Source of the DNA: Patellaria atrata CBS 101060
Lineage: Eukaryota
Direction: 5' to 3'
Assembly: GCA_010093705.1 (NCBI GenBank)
Contig: MU006089.1
Span: 2,343,561-2,407,560 of the forward strand
DNA length: 64,000 nt
The notes under the pieces: generated by a model
Database searches by the model: none
What the model saw: only the letters and a program-made list of their open reading frames with translations
Told to the model about the DNA's origin: nothing
Made by a program: the position numbers and the translations under genes
Shown: piece after piece, positions 12,407 to 25,888 of the stretch
Layout: each line of letters begins with the position of its first letter
Position numbering within the stretch: the stretch's first letter is position 1

Positions 12407-13799
12407 TCACTTCACCTCCAAACTCTCCCCAATATCCACAACATCAAAGACGCCCTCCTCCGGCAACTCCTTCCACTTCATCGCCTCTCTCAACAACTTC
12501 GGTGGCTCCATCACATCCTCCTCCGTCAAAACCCACGTCCCCCAATGCATGCCCAACGCCTTCTTACACTTCGTATCAATGAAAATATTGACGCTATCAA
12601 ACGGATTCGCATGCATAGAGCTCATGATAAACCTGGGATCATACGCTCCGATCGGGATCAACCCCAGGTCAAAGGGACCCCGTAGTTCGCCTATCTGCTT
12701 GAAAGCGGGACAGAAGGGGAAGTGGGAGTATTTGACGTCATAGTCATTCTCCCCGGGCGGGAGTTGGGGGACCTTTCGGTAGCCGGTATCGCCTCCGAAC
12801 CAGATGGATTTGCCGCCTGAAGAGATGCTCCAGGAGGCCCAGAGGGTGTGGGCTCTGTCGAAGGGTGTGCGGGCGCTGGTGTGTTGGCAGGGAAGGCAGT
12901 TTATCGTTGCCAGTATGTTATCATGCGTGCTTGGAGTTTTCCCCTCCGTGGAGACGGTTGTGGAAGGGCTGGATTCCGATTTACCGGGGACGGCGGAGAG
13001 GGTGATATCTCGTGTTTCCCACCAGTCTAGCTCGGTTACGTTGTGTAGTTCGCATTTCTCGAACCATTTTTTGTTGCCCAGGGGGACGAAGAAGTGGACG
13101 TTAGGGAAACGCTTTTTTATTGTTGTAACGGTGGGGTGGGAGAGATGGTCATAGTGGTTGTGGGAGATAATGACGGCATCAATAAAGGGGAGGTCCTCAA
13201 TTTCGCAAGGCATCGGAGTGTACCGTGAAGGTCCGAGCCATGTGAAAGGGGAGCAGCGCTGCTCAAAAACGGGGTCGAAGAGGGCGCGGAAGCCGGAGGG
13301 GAACTCGACATAGTAGCATGCGTGTCCGAGCCATGTAGCGCGTAGAGTGGGTGTCTCTCGGGTAGGTAGGAAGTCGGGCTTATGAACTGGAACGGTTGGG
13401 GGAGTGGTGTCTGGGATGTTGGTCGTGCGACTTACGAATCGTCGACTGAGGAGGTGGGATTAGTAAACAATATATGTGAGAGGGACAAAGATGGATCTAC
13501 TATAGCATTGTGCATAGGGTCTTGAATACGGGTAGGTCCGTATAAGACTCCCATGGATTTATAAATCCTTTACCCCCTTTGGCGTGGTGTTTTAATTCCT
13601 TTGCATCTTCTGGCACCGCTCCCGTCAATTGAGCAGACGACACGACAGAAGCGTAAAGCACTGCAGCTGTGCTTGCAGACGCCATCCTCGCTGATAAGTG
13701 AAGCTCTTTACGAAGACGGTAATATGGATTTGCAGGCCGAGCTCTTTTGGGAAAAGATGATGTAAAGCGGCGAAGCAGGTAAGAAGTGAAGTTGGGCAT
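12407..13799 (-). CDS. N-acyl-phosphatidylethanolamine phospholipase D-like metallo-beta-lactamase fold protein (intron 13446-13500); start at 13799 or 13685
   Basis: GFINPWES, ATWLGHA, FDPVF..RCSP, ISHNHYDHL, PCQHTSAR, FGGDTGY, PIGAYDPR, MHWGTW motifs; Arg/Ser-rich N-terminal extension resembles a mitochondrial presequence. Confidence 0.9.
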
Positions 13800-14562
13800 C
13801 TAGAAAATTACATTACAATGGGAAGACAAAGATATAAGAAGAATTGGTGAAGCTGTCAGCAGCTGAACCCAAGCCTTAAATTGAGCTAATAACCATCAAG
13901 AAGTGTTCCTCCGAAATTCCAGGCATCATTTTGTCGTACACCACCTGCAATTCCTAGATGTCGTCGTCGGAGCACGCGGGTGCCGGCTGCAATGTGCCCT
14001 TATCTCCGCTCCAGCTCCAAAAGTCCACCTCCTGTCTCCTCTGACGGGATAAACGGTAAACCCGATCTGGACTTCAAAGCTCCATTTCTAGCAATCTGAC
14101 AACGAATATTGTGTGGCGGAGCACTGTTCTAAAGCCCTATTGTTTTCAAACGTTTATTAGACGAGAAGATGCATATGGATAGACGTTGCTTGCAACGCGG
14201 TCCGGGTACAACATGGTTCCGTTTCCCGATGCTCATCTCAGGTCTGCAACCTCGCCGATCGGTTCACGAAATCAACACGGTCACGTTTTGCGGATACCTA
14301 CTGAGTTCTTCTAGATGTGCTAGAAAATCAGAGTATGAGAACTTCGCGATCGGAACCGTATAATCACACTGTGCATTCTCCGCCAAGAAGTGTGATAACT
14401 AAAGAATAACTCATTAAGGAGTAGCAGTATGAAAGTAACTCTACGGATCTTATCAATCGTCAAGTCTAGTTGAATCATCTACCATATATACGTTGAGTCC
14501 AAGGAAAGGTAAAAACACAACCAGTGAAGACCTGCTGATATAAAGCTATAAAAACCCTAGTT

Positions 14563-16591
14563 CTATAACACCAATCTGAATTCCGGGTCTCTATCATCTC
14601 CATAGCCCTTAAACTGGTCGTATTTTCCATTGGTCTTATCCCGATTCTTCTTGGCGCAATAAAGAACATTAAAGAGAATCCTATTGAGATGATGAGTATC
14701 AAAAATAAAGCGGAGACCATGGGATATATACGACTCACATAAACCAAGCATACACCAGTAACCCCAAAATTATGGTATGGCCTTTATGGAATAAAGGAGC
14801 ATCTTTATGTGGATAGATGAAAGCTAAGTATACCGTCAGTCTACTACATTCTCAGGAAGCGATTTGCAGAATACCTACTAGCAACAAATCCTCCACTATT
14901 GGCGATCGCGAGCTGTAGGGCGGATGTGGTTGCCCGTTTATAGTGACCCGCCGAATTATTTGAATTCCATACAAGGACACATGGTACTGAGCTATAAAGT
15001 CCGGTAGCCATCATGAACATCATGCCGTATCTAACTTTTGGCGCTTCAACATTGGCAATGACGGCGTAGCCGATAATGGCGACTGGAAGAGTAAAAAGCA
15101 TTATAACACCACGAAGACGCAGTCGATCGGACAATAGGGCAACAGCAACTTCCAAATTATTAGTATAGCGCATTATGAAGTATATTTCTACCCAGGAGAT
15201 TTACCTGTAAAGATGGTTGCTACCGCATACGGAATGACTGACCACAATTGCGCTTCATTCGGATTCTTAGCAAAATTGAGGTTGTTTATAATCGTTGGAA
15301 GCTAATAGACTATTAGCTTAATGGTATATTTCCGGGGTCAATCGACTTACGAAAAGACCGAACGAATACAACGCAGATAGTATTGCAAAGTATGCTGTAC
15401 CAGTCAACCAGAGCTGGAGACTAAGAATACCACGTCGCACTTCGGACCACTGGAACTTTTCTTTGACCTCAATTCTATTTTTCAGTCAGCGGAAATATTT
15501 ATGACATATTACAGTGTCTTAAAAAGAGTCTCACTGCGCATTATCTTTGGTTGTTAACGGCAAATCTTTGTTCATCCGCTGTCGGGCAAAACTGCGCTCC
15601 TCCGGAGTCAAGAATGAGGCTGATTCAATTCCGTTCGGTAAGAGAAGGTATGCCATAGCGCCACTGATTACGGTCTAGATCTTGGTCAGTTTTTGGAGCG
15701 CTTTATACGATAAACAATTGGAACTACACTACTAACAATAAGGCCCTCAATGATGAATATCCACCGCCACCCCTCTAGGCCACCTCTAGGTCCAATTGCT
15801 GAGAGTCCACGGGCTAGAAGACCTAGCAGCACTGTTAGATGATAGGAGTTTGATAGTCCAAGGATAAATTAGACGTACCTCCAAATGCCCCTGATAATGA
15901 AGCAGCTGTGTAAAAGAGACCAATTCTTAGGGCCATCTCACTACGTTTATAAAAGCTGGATAGATACAATACCTGGGACATACAATTAGTAACATACGAG
16001 TAAATAGGAAGTACAGGCTCGCACCATTCCCGGTAATAGTCCTCCTTCAGCAAAACCTAACAGAGCACGCACAGCCATGAAGCTCGCATAACCCCTGACG
16101 AAGCCCAAACACATAGTAATGATACCCCAAGCGATCGTGAGCGCCGGGAGCCATATTTTAGGGGAAATCTTCTTGAGCACTAGATTACTCGGCAACTCGC
16201 TGTGAAATCATGAGCAGTGCCTTAATCTGAGAAAACAGAGGGAGAAGTACCTAGCAATGTATGTCGCGTAGAACACAGCTAAACCGGTGTTGTATTGATG
16301 ATCAGAAATATTTAAATCTTCTTCTAGACCGATGATCTTTGCGTTACCAACATTTGTCCGGTCGAGGAATGAACAGAGAAAGAGAAGGGCGAGAATTGGA
16401 AGTATTCTAACAGAATATGTTAACCAAATATTGACGGTTCTATCCCTGGACGATTACCTAGTGTCGAAATTTAGCAGGATACGCCGTGTCAACTTTTGTT
16501 TCTCTACCGATTTACTTTCAGTCCTCTCTGGCGCTGAGTGAGCATTCTCAACCTTCTCATCATCGCTTATTGTATGCTTTATATCCTCCAT
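14563..16591 (-). CDS. MFS transporter, anion:cation symporter (allantoate/nicotinate permease-like) family, many exons
   Basis: FLCSFLDRTNVGNAKI, ELPSNLVLKK, RALLGFAEGGLLPG, YLSSFYKRSE, GWRWIFIIEG, NNSAGHYKRAT, C-terminal GDDRDPEFRLVL. Confidence 0.9.
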
Positions 16592-17497
16592 AGCGAGATA
16601 TACTCTGGGGTTGAGTAGACGAAGGATGAGAACGAAATACTTATCAGGCCCTAGGGGTGTAGTGACTACACTTTCTTATAATCAACATTCTAGCGGTCAA
16701 GGCGAAGAATACAAGCCGGTGATAGTTCCATTACATCCCATGGTTGTCGAAGGTGGATGCACAGAAATGCGGGGAACCGTCATGCCTTCAGCTGATCTGC
16801 ACAGCTATGACAGAGGAGAGCTCACCAGGTGAAAGCATCCGACTATGATGCTCCTAACCTCCTTTCATTGCGCGACTTCGATCGAGTGTTGTGTTGATTG
16901 TTTAGACTTAGCATTTAGCATTCTCGCTAGGGAATTAGAGCTTCTAGGAACCAGCGATATATGCGTGATATGCTCTTGAACACCGAAGACCTGGGCACCG
17001 AGGGAGTAAAAGTTCTACGCTGTCTTCACATGAGACAATATGACGTGCGCTCCTTTACCGCATATCGGAATAGTTCTAGTGATTTGCCTTCACCTTTATC
17101 CTCAGGGCTGTGGATCGTCCCGAGTCCAGTCGTTCTCGGACGTCTCATACCCAGTTTGAGTTATACCAAGCCCATGTTGGTTAATTGAATTGAAGGAACA
17201 GATCATGATCAGGTTAGAAGACTAAGAAGAAGAGCAATTTGAGGCTTCTACAGATCTTCGAGGCCAAGTCCACCAAGATCGCTTGTATCTTCGTGGCGGA
17301 CGGGACCGCTTTGCTCTTCAAAATAAGCACTTTTAGCTACCGCTATCAACCTCGGCCCTGAATCCCTCACGGTTCCATTTCTAGGACCGACAATGACACC
17401 TGGATGACAATGCCGATCCCGGCCAAATGTTACTCCAGAATTATATCGATTTTCCTTTCGTCTGATGACTGAAGGACAACCAAAACCTCCAATTGCA

Positions 17498-18411
17498 ATG
17501 TCCAAGATCTCCCCTGCGCTCAAAGCGCTCATCAACGCACCGGCTGCTCGTCCCAATCCCACTCCTGCGCCGCCAAACATCAGAGCAGTATACGAGCGCA
17601 TCGCCCGGGAAGCCGCGTCCAAAAATGTCGGGCAGCCATCCTGGGTTGCGATGTCCGTACGGTCCCTATCACTCCAATCGAACCTCCAACCGTCCTCTAA
17701 CCATCCTCCCAGACCGCCGCAACAATGACTCTGAACTCCCCCGCCTCCCTCTCCACTCTCTTCGTCCTCGCAGCCCCAGAAACCCAGTCCCACCCCCAAC
17801 GCACCCATACCGCCGAACTGATCCGCGAAGTCGGCCTCAAATGCATCTCCTTCAACGGCATCCCGCGCACCATTAACATGCTCGCCGCCTTCCGCGCCTC
17901 TCTCCCCCCGTCCGTCGCCTCCGCACTCACGGCTCAGCCCTCCCGCGCGCCCACGTCGCAGAACGTCGAGGATATTGCCTCGAGGGGGCGCGGGCTTTGG
18001 GACTCGATATACGCGCCCTTCGAGACGAAGCTCGTCGAACGACTGACAGACTCCCATCCCGACCTCCCAGTACATATCTTGAACTCACACTACGGCGCGC
18101 TGCTGGCCGATCCCTCTGACCGGCCCTCGGGAGTTAAGGTCGGGAGGGTGCTGGCGTCCATCGTGGCTGTGGCGTGTTTGAGGGCGCAGACTGGGGTGGG
18201 GCCCCAGGTGCTGAGTCACGTGTATGGGTTGCGGAAGGCGGTGGAGGATGGGAGCTGGAAGGGGGATGAGGAGGCTGGAGCCGAGGAGGGGGTCAGATGG
18301 TTGGCGGGCGATGAGGGCGGTGCGTGGTTGTTGGAGAGTGTGGATAGGATCGTGGACGCTGTTGGGGGGACTACGTATGCGCCGGCTGGGGCGAGGGAGT
18401 CGAAGTTGTAG
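17498..18411 (+). CDS. AhpD-like (PXP2-type) peroxisomal protein (intron 17657-17712)
   Basis: [15 protein letters not shown]..., [46 protein letters not shown]; ends in canonical PTS1 -SKL. Confidence 0.8.
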
Positions 18412-18747
18412 ATGGTCATGTCGGGTTAAAGAGTTGAGGTTGTATATAGGGGTGTGTGGTCTTGTCCCCTTCTCGGTCGAAGCCGGCACTCTCATTCGCT
18501 GTACCGATGCTGTATAAATTCTGGGATACCGTCAGCCTAACCCTCAGCAACAATTCCACGGTCTGTACGATCAAGTCGGAACCGATTTTGCTAGAAGCGC
18601 GTACAGAAAGCTGGGAGGTGTCTTGGAGAGACAATGAACATATAGAGTATACTGCAGATAGATAGATGGTTCAATGCATGCAATTCCGAATATGTACAGG
18701 ACGGTTGCCAGACACAGCCATGATAAATACATCAACGTTCTATATAT

Positions 18748-20513
18748 CTATTCCATCGATTTTACATCTTTCGCCACGTGAAACTTCGCATCCGTCTTCT
18801 TCTCCACCTCTTCGACAGTAACACCATCTGCCAACTCTGTCAACGTCAGCTCGCCCTTTTCCCGATCGACTTCGAAGACACACTACACAGATTCGTCAGT
18901 ACGCCATCCGATATCCCAAGATCAAAAATCACTTACCAAGTCCGTGATAATAGTACTGACACACCTAGCCCCCGTCAACGGCAACCCACAAACCTGCACG
19001 ATCTTCGGTTTCCCATCCTTGGCCACATGATCCGTCGCGACGACAATCTTTGTCTGATCCGGATTCCCGACGAGATCCATAGCGCCACCCATGCCCTTAA
19101 ACACCTTACCCGGGATCATATAGTTAGCTAAATCGCCCGCCGCGCTAACCTGCAGCGCACCGAGGATGGAAACGTCAACGTGTCCGCCCCTGATCATGCC
19201 AAAGGACTCAGCGGAGTCGAAAGTCGATGCTCCCGCGACGAGCGTCACGGTCTCTTTTCCCGCGTTGATGATATCCGGGTCTATCTCCTCGGGGAGCGGA
19301 TACGCGCCCATGCCCAGGATCCCGTTCTCGGACTGGATCCACACCTTGACGTCTTCGGGCAGGAAGGCGGGGGCCAGAGTCGGCATCCCGACGCCCAGGT
19401 TGACGTAGTATCCCTGTTTCAGCTCCTTCGCGGCGCGCTTCGCGATGCGGTTCCTACGGACCAGCGCCGCGTCGGAAGTTGCGTCGAGGGCGTCTTCGCC
19501 GTCCGCGGAGCGCGTTTTGCGGACTTCGATCTGCTTTTCAGCTCTCGAGGGGACGATGCGGTCGATGTAGATGCCGGGGAGGTCGACGTCGTCCGGGGGG
19601 ATGGAGCCGGTGGGAACGATGTTTTCGGCTTCGACGATGGTGAGGCGTGCGGCTTTGGCCATGATTTGCCCGAATGCGCGTGTGGTGTATCTGAATTGGC
19701 AATTTCCCGCCTCGTCGACCTTGTGTGCTCGCAATATCGCTACGTCTCCGGTGATGGCGGTTTCCATTAAGTAAGTCTTGCCGTTGAACTCGCGTGTCTC
19801 TCTCTTCGTCCCGGACTCGAGCACCTTTCCCCCCTCACCGAGTCGAACGGGGATCTTGCCGTCTTGGATGTACGTATGCGCTCCTGTTGGGGTAAAGAAG
19901 GCTGGAATCCCCGCGCCGCCTGCTCTTATACGCTCCGCTAGAGTTCCCTGGGGGCATAGCTCGATGGCGATTTCTCCCGAGAGATACCCCTTCTCTAATC
20001 TCTTGTTGCTCCCCAGAAACGACATGATCAGACGGTTAAGCTGGCCCGCCTCGGCTAGCGTGGCGAGTCCACCCTTTCCAGCTACGCCGGCATTGTTCGA
20101 TATCGCGGTTAGAGAATGAAGGTTTTCCTTGCCTCGTCGGGCGATTGCTTGGATTAATGTGTCTGTGAGGTGTCAATGACCCAATTGGGTTCTACAATGA
20201 ATAGTTGGAGGTGAGAAGTACCAGCCACACCACAGAGCCCAAACCCAGAACTCAGGATAGTGGATCCGCTCTCAATGTCTGCGACAGCTTCGTCTGCGGA
20301 TTTGAATAATTTCGAGCCGCCACGCTTAGGTTTGGGCGTGCTTTGGAATTTACTCCTCGGTGGAGGAGCAGCATCGACATGTCTTCTCCTAACACCGCAT
20401 TGGTTCCAGGATAGACCTACCACTCTACTTTGGGCGGATAATTTCGAGAGCGGGCGTGGTGAGGCAATTGCTGTCCTCGCAATACAGAATACTTGACGTC
20501 TGAAAGAAGCCAT
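18748..20513 (-). CDS. Mitochondrial succinyl-CoA:3-ketoacid CoA transferase (SCOT), 3 exons
   Basis: Presequence, [42 protein letters not shown] (catalytic Glu), GMGGAMDLV. Confidence 0.95.
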
Positions 20514-21202
20514 ACTGTCGGGTGACTAGGACAAAAGAAACGAAACCCCAATGGATCAGAACGCAGTATATACAATAAAAAACAACTATACCAGTCTTAA
20601 CATTTTAGTATTATAATTTCACCCGACGTGGAGTATTCCCTGGCTCCGAAGGTGGGAGATCCCCGAGTTTTGTTATGTTGGCGTCATCTTCGGTTCCCAA
20701 AAGTACATCCGGCAGTTCATCATCCAATCGTTCTAGAACTGTAAGGTACGCCACCCATTCTAACAGAAAATGTCCGACGCAGAAACCTTTAGACTATAAG
20801 AAATATGTTTAGGTGAATGGTAGAACTATGCTATTTGACTATGAGCGTACTTTATGACCGGAAACGTAGATGAAAAGGGCTTACTGAGATGGTGTTGATT
20901 CGTGTAGAACTGGAACTAAAAGAACAATATGAAGGTCAAATACATTAACTTCTAAGAGAGACTAACCATATAACTGACTTGATACATAATAAGAGTCTCC
21001 TTAATAGTGTTTAGGAACTATTCTTGTATATTTTCTTTTTACATTCTCTTGTAACACGAAAAAGGCCCTAATACTCAACATCTATAAGGTAAATGGGGTT
21101 TCACAGGTATCTACGCCCTAAAGACAGGTTGACAACCCCTAACTAAGCAAAGGTTTTGAACTCACAAGCGGACAAAAGGATCTAAGAGGAACGAATGGGG
21201 AG

Positions 21203-21270
21203 AAGAAAAAAAAAAGAAAAAAAAAAGAAAAAAAAAAGAAAAAAAAAAGAAAAAAAAAAGAAAAAAAAAA
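21203..21270. repeat. (A10G)n poly-purine repeat; T-tract on the minus strand downstream of the tRNA (Pol III terminator)
   Basis: Repeated gaaaaaaaaaa units directly 3' of tRNA-Gly. Confidence 0.85.
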
Positions 21271-21274
21271 GGAA

Positions 21275-21345
21275 TGCATCGTGCGGGAATCGAACCCACG
21301 GCATTTGCTTGGAAGGCAAATATTTTACCACTAAACCAACGATGC
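21275..21345 (-). tRNA. tRNA-Gly(TCC), intronless
   Basis: Reverse complement folds to a cloverleaf: GCATCGT/ACGATGC acceptor, TTTGC-CT-TCC-AA-GCAAA anticodon arm, GTTCGATTC T-loop. Confidence 0.97.
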
Positions 21346-24300
21346 CAATGGAAAATACGTATTAGTATGTAATCTATATATTAGAGTGTATCCACCCAGA
21401 ACTGGTTTATTAGACGACCCAACAAGGGCCCGTGCGTGCCCTTCTCTCCCCCCTGCCACCCGACCTCATCTTCGAACTTCTATAAGCTTTTGCCAGCAAA
21501 CTCATCCTGTTAGTAAGCTCATTATCTACCATCTAGTTGGTCTTTCTCTATAAATTCATCCATTTGACCGTTCTCCGACGCCTGTATGCTTAATACATGT
21601 GAATTCTCTCACTAATACGTATCTGTTCTATCTTCTTCCGTCAATTCCTAGTTATGGCTTATAACTCGTAAAGTAAATATCTAGTCTGTCTTTTGGCGAT
21701 TTCTGATACCCATTTCATAATGATTATAATATATTTTCCACAGCTCAATCGTGGTCTACTACTCCGAAAATTACGGTCAACGATTACCCCTGTTCCTCTA
21801 GGAGTTTGAAAGTTCTTGTAAGGTAATTAGTAGTTTTCCATTTGCTGATGATAAGTGTCAACGCTATCAGATCCTTCGTTCTCATCGGGTCTCCTTGGTT
21901 CCTGTACGACCGCTGTACATCTTGGCTTACTGTGAGGTCGGATATTCTGAGAGATATCAACAAACTGTACAGTTAAGTCACGCGTCCTTTCACCCGCAAT
22001 ATTTCCATGTCTTCTCATTTCATACAACAAAGTTGCTCGTATAACATTCGAAGTTGTGATAACCGTCCAGTTTCTATATTCGGGTCCCTGTACAACTGTT
22101 GCGTCATTTGTGCCGTTCGGTCATTTGTTTTAACAGTGTCGTTTGCGTAGTATTGCACCGGCCACCGCATTTTACTCTTCGTATATAAGTACCGTTGTAC
22201 AGCTGTTTGATCATTTGGATCTCATTCACTGAATCATAAAATCAGTATTCCTTTCTTGCTATTTTATATTCCCACCAATAATGCTGCAAATTTTATACTC
22301 GTTATGGTATTAAGCATATAGGAACCAAGAGCCCTACGGCCAAGATGAAATGCGGTCTACACCAAATAACGTTCATACTGAAACTTTTCAACCGACGGGA
22401 GTTGGATGCTCGGTTAATATTTAGGTTACTTGGCAGGCGTAACGGAGTTACTACTGCTAAGTAGATTCTCTTTTTATGGAGTTACGTTTTCAGACTGTCG
22501 TTTGGAATCCCTTCGCCTCCGCGCCCCTTTTCCTTCCCCGGCTCTCGTAGGGCCGATACTATCCACCTCTGGCTCGCTTGATCACCGTAGCAACCCATCG
22601 CGAACTCTCGCACCCTCGCATTGCAATAATTCTCGACACACAATCTTCCACGACACACTGAAGACAAGTGGAATTGCGTTCTCATCATCTTCCCTAGTCC
22701 GTAACAATCTCTTGTCTCACAGTAGGCGCATCATTTTATTTCATTTATCCAGCGCGTATGTTTCCTAGTACTCGCCAGTAAGTCGCTTGCCCATTTGACA
22801 TGTAGGCCTCGACTAACAACCTACGGTGCGTTGGCAGGAATTCATGGCGATGACATACTGTATTATCAATCCTCAGACTCCAGCTATGCCATTCAACCGT
22901 CGATGTCCTCCGAGTTTACTGTAAGGTCACTCCTGGGCATTCTTCGACTGTAATCTACAGACTACTAGATAATCCGGACTATTTATGACTGCGCAAACTT
23001 CTGACAGTGTGACAATTTGTGTCTGTGGATCTTGTGAATACCAAGATGGGCGTCGGAAAGATAGAGCCACGGTACAACAACTCAACTAAGTGGCCGGGAG
23101 ATGATACACTCCTCATTATCCTTGGGGTGGAATAAGGACAGAAGCCCAAGATTTGAGTTATAGGATGGCATCATGTAGGGCCTTGAAGCGACATATTGTC
23201 GGAGCTTGGACTGCATCAATAACGGCGACATACTTCCCTTAGCCTTCTCGAGACATGTAGCTAGGCGAGCGTGCAGAGTATGAAGCACGCACGGGAGAGT
23301 TGTACTGACTAGGGCGGATACCACATCCTCCATCTTGGATAATACACTGTATTGTTACGTATCTCTACTCTAATCGTGATACGGACGTTTCAACTACGAA
23401 GACTCTTAATAGAGTCTCCATCTGTTGCAGTATACAGAGGGTAAGAACAATATGGAGTAAACTGGCCGGACGAATAACATCGCTATACAACTCTCGATAT
23501 CCATGAACACTGTGGGGCTTGACAGTACATCTCGGGATCCAGCGGGCGTATAAGGCGCCTGAAGAGGACTCCAGTCCTGCAAGAAACGATTTAGCTACCA
23601 TATCGTCTGACGAGCAAAAATGGCTTTCATTTTGCTTACCGTAGCTTACGGCAAGCAAAGAAATTTCCCTAATATCAAACGGAGAGTCTCTAACTGAACC
23701 TAAGAGTATTCCCAGGATTAGCACTTTGGGGCGGAAAGACGGACGCATAAGATGGGAATACGACCTGTATGAGCTGTCATGTACATCAAAGCCCTACCCC
23801 GATCTACGCCGGTGGTGATTAGACAAGATCATTCGCCACAGGCATCGTGCACGAGTAAGGGGATGCATGCTATGCCGGACCTCATGCGCTTGTACTAGTA
23901 TGAGCACGCAGCAGAGTAGATTGAGTTGCGGGCATCGCCAATCTGCACGGTAATGGATGCAACTTTATCAGCTGATTGAAGGGATAGAGTGAATTTCATG
24001 AAGTGATTGGCCTGGTTACTACGATAGTTCCCACGCTATCAATGATGGCTCTTCGTCCTCTCCTAGGAGGTAAGCTGTCACCAACATGAGGAAGTTCGGC
24101 AATGTGCTTCTCTTTCTCTTCGCTGTTTCGTATTCCTGCAAGTATATGTCTGATTTTATTTATGTTCTTCCCAGTTGCATCATGTCTGACATTCAATTAG
24201 GCACGGTTTCGCACGGCTGATAGGCCGAAGTTTCAACACGCATGGGATCTAGTCCGTCTCTTGAATGCAGAGTGATGATGAGATTGTTCTTTTCCAACTT

Positions 24301-25888
24301 TATCTTGCTTGATGATCATACATGATGCATGCGTACTACACATAACATGCGGTATGCTCAGCGTGTATCTACTCCATATTCGAAGCAAGGACTACACCTT
24401 GACGGACAATTATGCGCTCTAGTAAGGAGAAGATCCTGAACGGTACCCTGATATAAACCTTGGATTATGCTCAAGTTGAAAAGATGACTTGACGCGAATC
24501 AATGGAGAGCTTGACGACCCGTATTGGACGTTGATCAAAGGGTAGAAGACGAGAAATATCCCATTGTACAGGATTTGCGGAAAGGAGTATGGACAATCAG
24601 ATCTCTGAATGATAGTGAGGTTATCGTGAAAGAGTACTTCAGAATGTCTGTTATGTTGATCGCGCTTTGTTGTCTATACTGTTCTATTATCTCGTAGTCC
24701 TTGTACTCGTACTTGAAATGTACCTGTTACTTTGAACAAATATACGAAATACAAAGCTAGCAATTGCAAACCCATAGTGGTGCCCTTTAAGAAGATATGA
24801 TTTAGTGATAATAGGGCATCAATGGATCCTGGGATCTACTGTATATTTAAGAAGGTTTTAAACATAACTTACAGTATGCATTAGGTCGAGGATGTCAGGA
24901 TGCGGGTGATCCGAGCATTCCAGCCAATGTTTAGCAAGAGCATGTTGAGCCCAAATGGATGACGAGGAAGATGGATGGGAGCCTGCCGCAGAGTGTCCGA
25001 GTGTCAGGGTAAACTTTTGTTGTGTGTGCCCAACTGTCGAAAAACACCACAAATCTACCTTCACTCTTTCCCTTTGAGCACTTCTTCAGCCTCAAATTCA
25101 AGCGGATCGTCCCTGTGAGGACAACACATTCTCTCACGTTATCCTCTTCCATTGCAGGTCTTTCCCGCTCGTGGATTTGGGCCGCAAAGGTTACTTCCAA
25201 GGCTCGAGACTCGAGTCATAGGTCACCCGGCCCTCGCTCTGTTCGCAGCCTGGACTCAGCAGATATTCAACGTCGTCATCCAAGTTTTTCGTGAAGACGG
25301 AAGACGAGAGTCCCTTGCCTTCTTGGACCAAGACGACCTTGGACCGTCACCCCGCCGAAGCCGACTTGGGCTTCTACGTAAACGAGTCCCGCCTTGTGAG
25401 CTACCGTACGCGAAGTGGAATCCGTCGGCAAACTACACACTCCAAGACCAAGGATTCTCCTCCAAATCCTGAAGAAGACAAGCAAGACAAGGAAGACCTT
25501 ACCTCCCATCAGAGCCTGACGACAACAGTTACGAAACATACGTTCAAGAACAATTCAGATCTGTTGAGTATCTTGGCCTCTCCGGTCTCTCTCAGTTAGG
25601 TAAGAATACTACTGTTCTTTGACCGAGAGCATATCTTTCCCCCTCTTCCTCCGTCAATTATGCGATTCGAAGTCTACAGTGTGCTAGACGATTCCTCGAG
25701 GGTAAATGCTGACAATCACTCCTACCATGAGTAGTACCTCTAGTTCTACCTCCCCTCTTCCTTCGCGAGAACATTTGTCCGCAAAGTCTCGCCCTAAGAA
25801 CCTTACAACCCCACTACAGCTACCACTTCATGTTGCACGACGATTAAACTCGCAAAGGAATGCTTCGTTGAAAGCGTCGAAATCAAAG

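Noticed and set aside
17248..18075. 275-aa antisense ORF (likewise 30131-30835, 45517-46260, 19180-19770)
   Set aside because: Shadow ORFs opposite GC-rich real genes, with no motifs.
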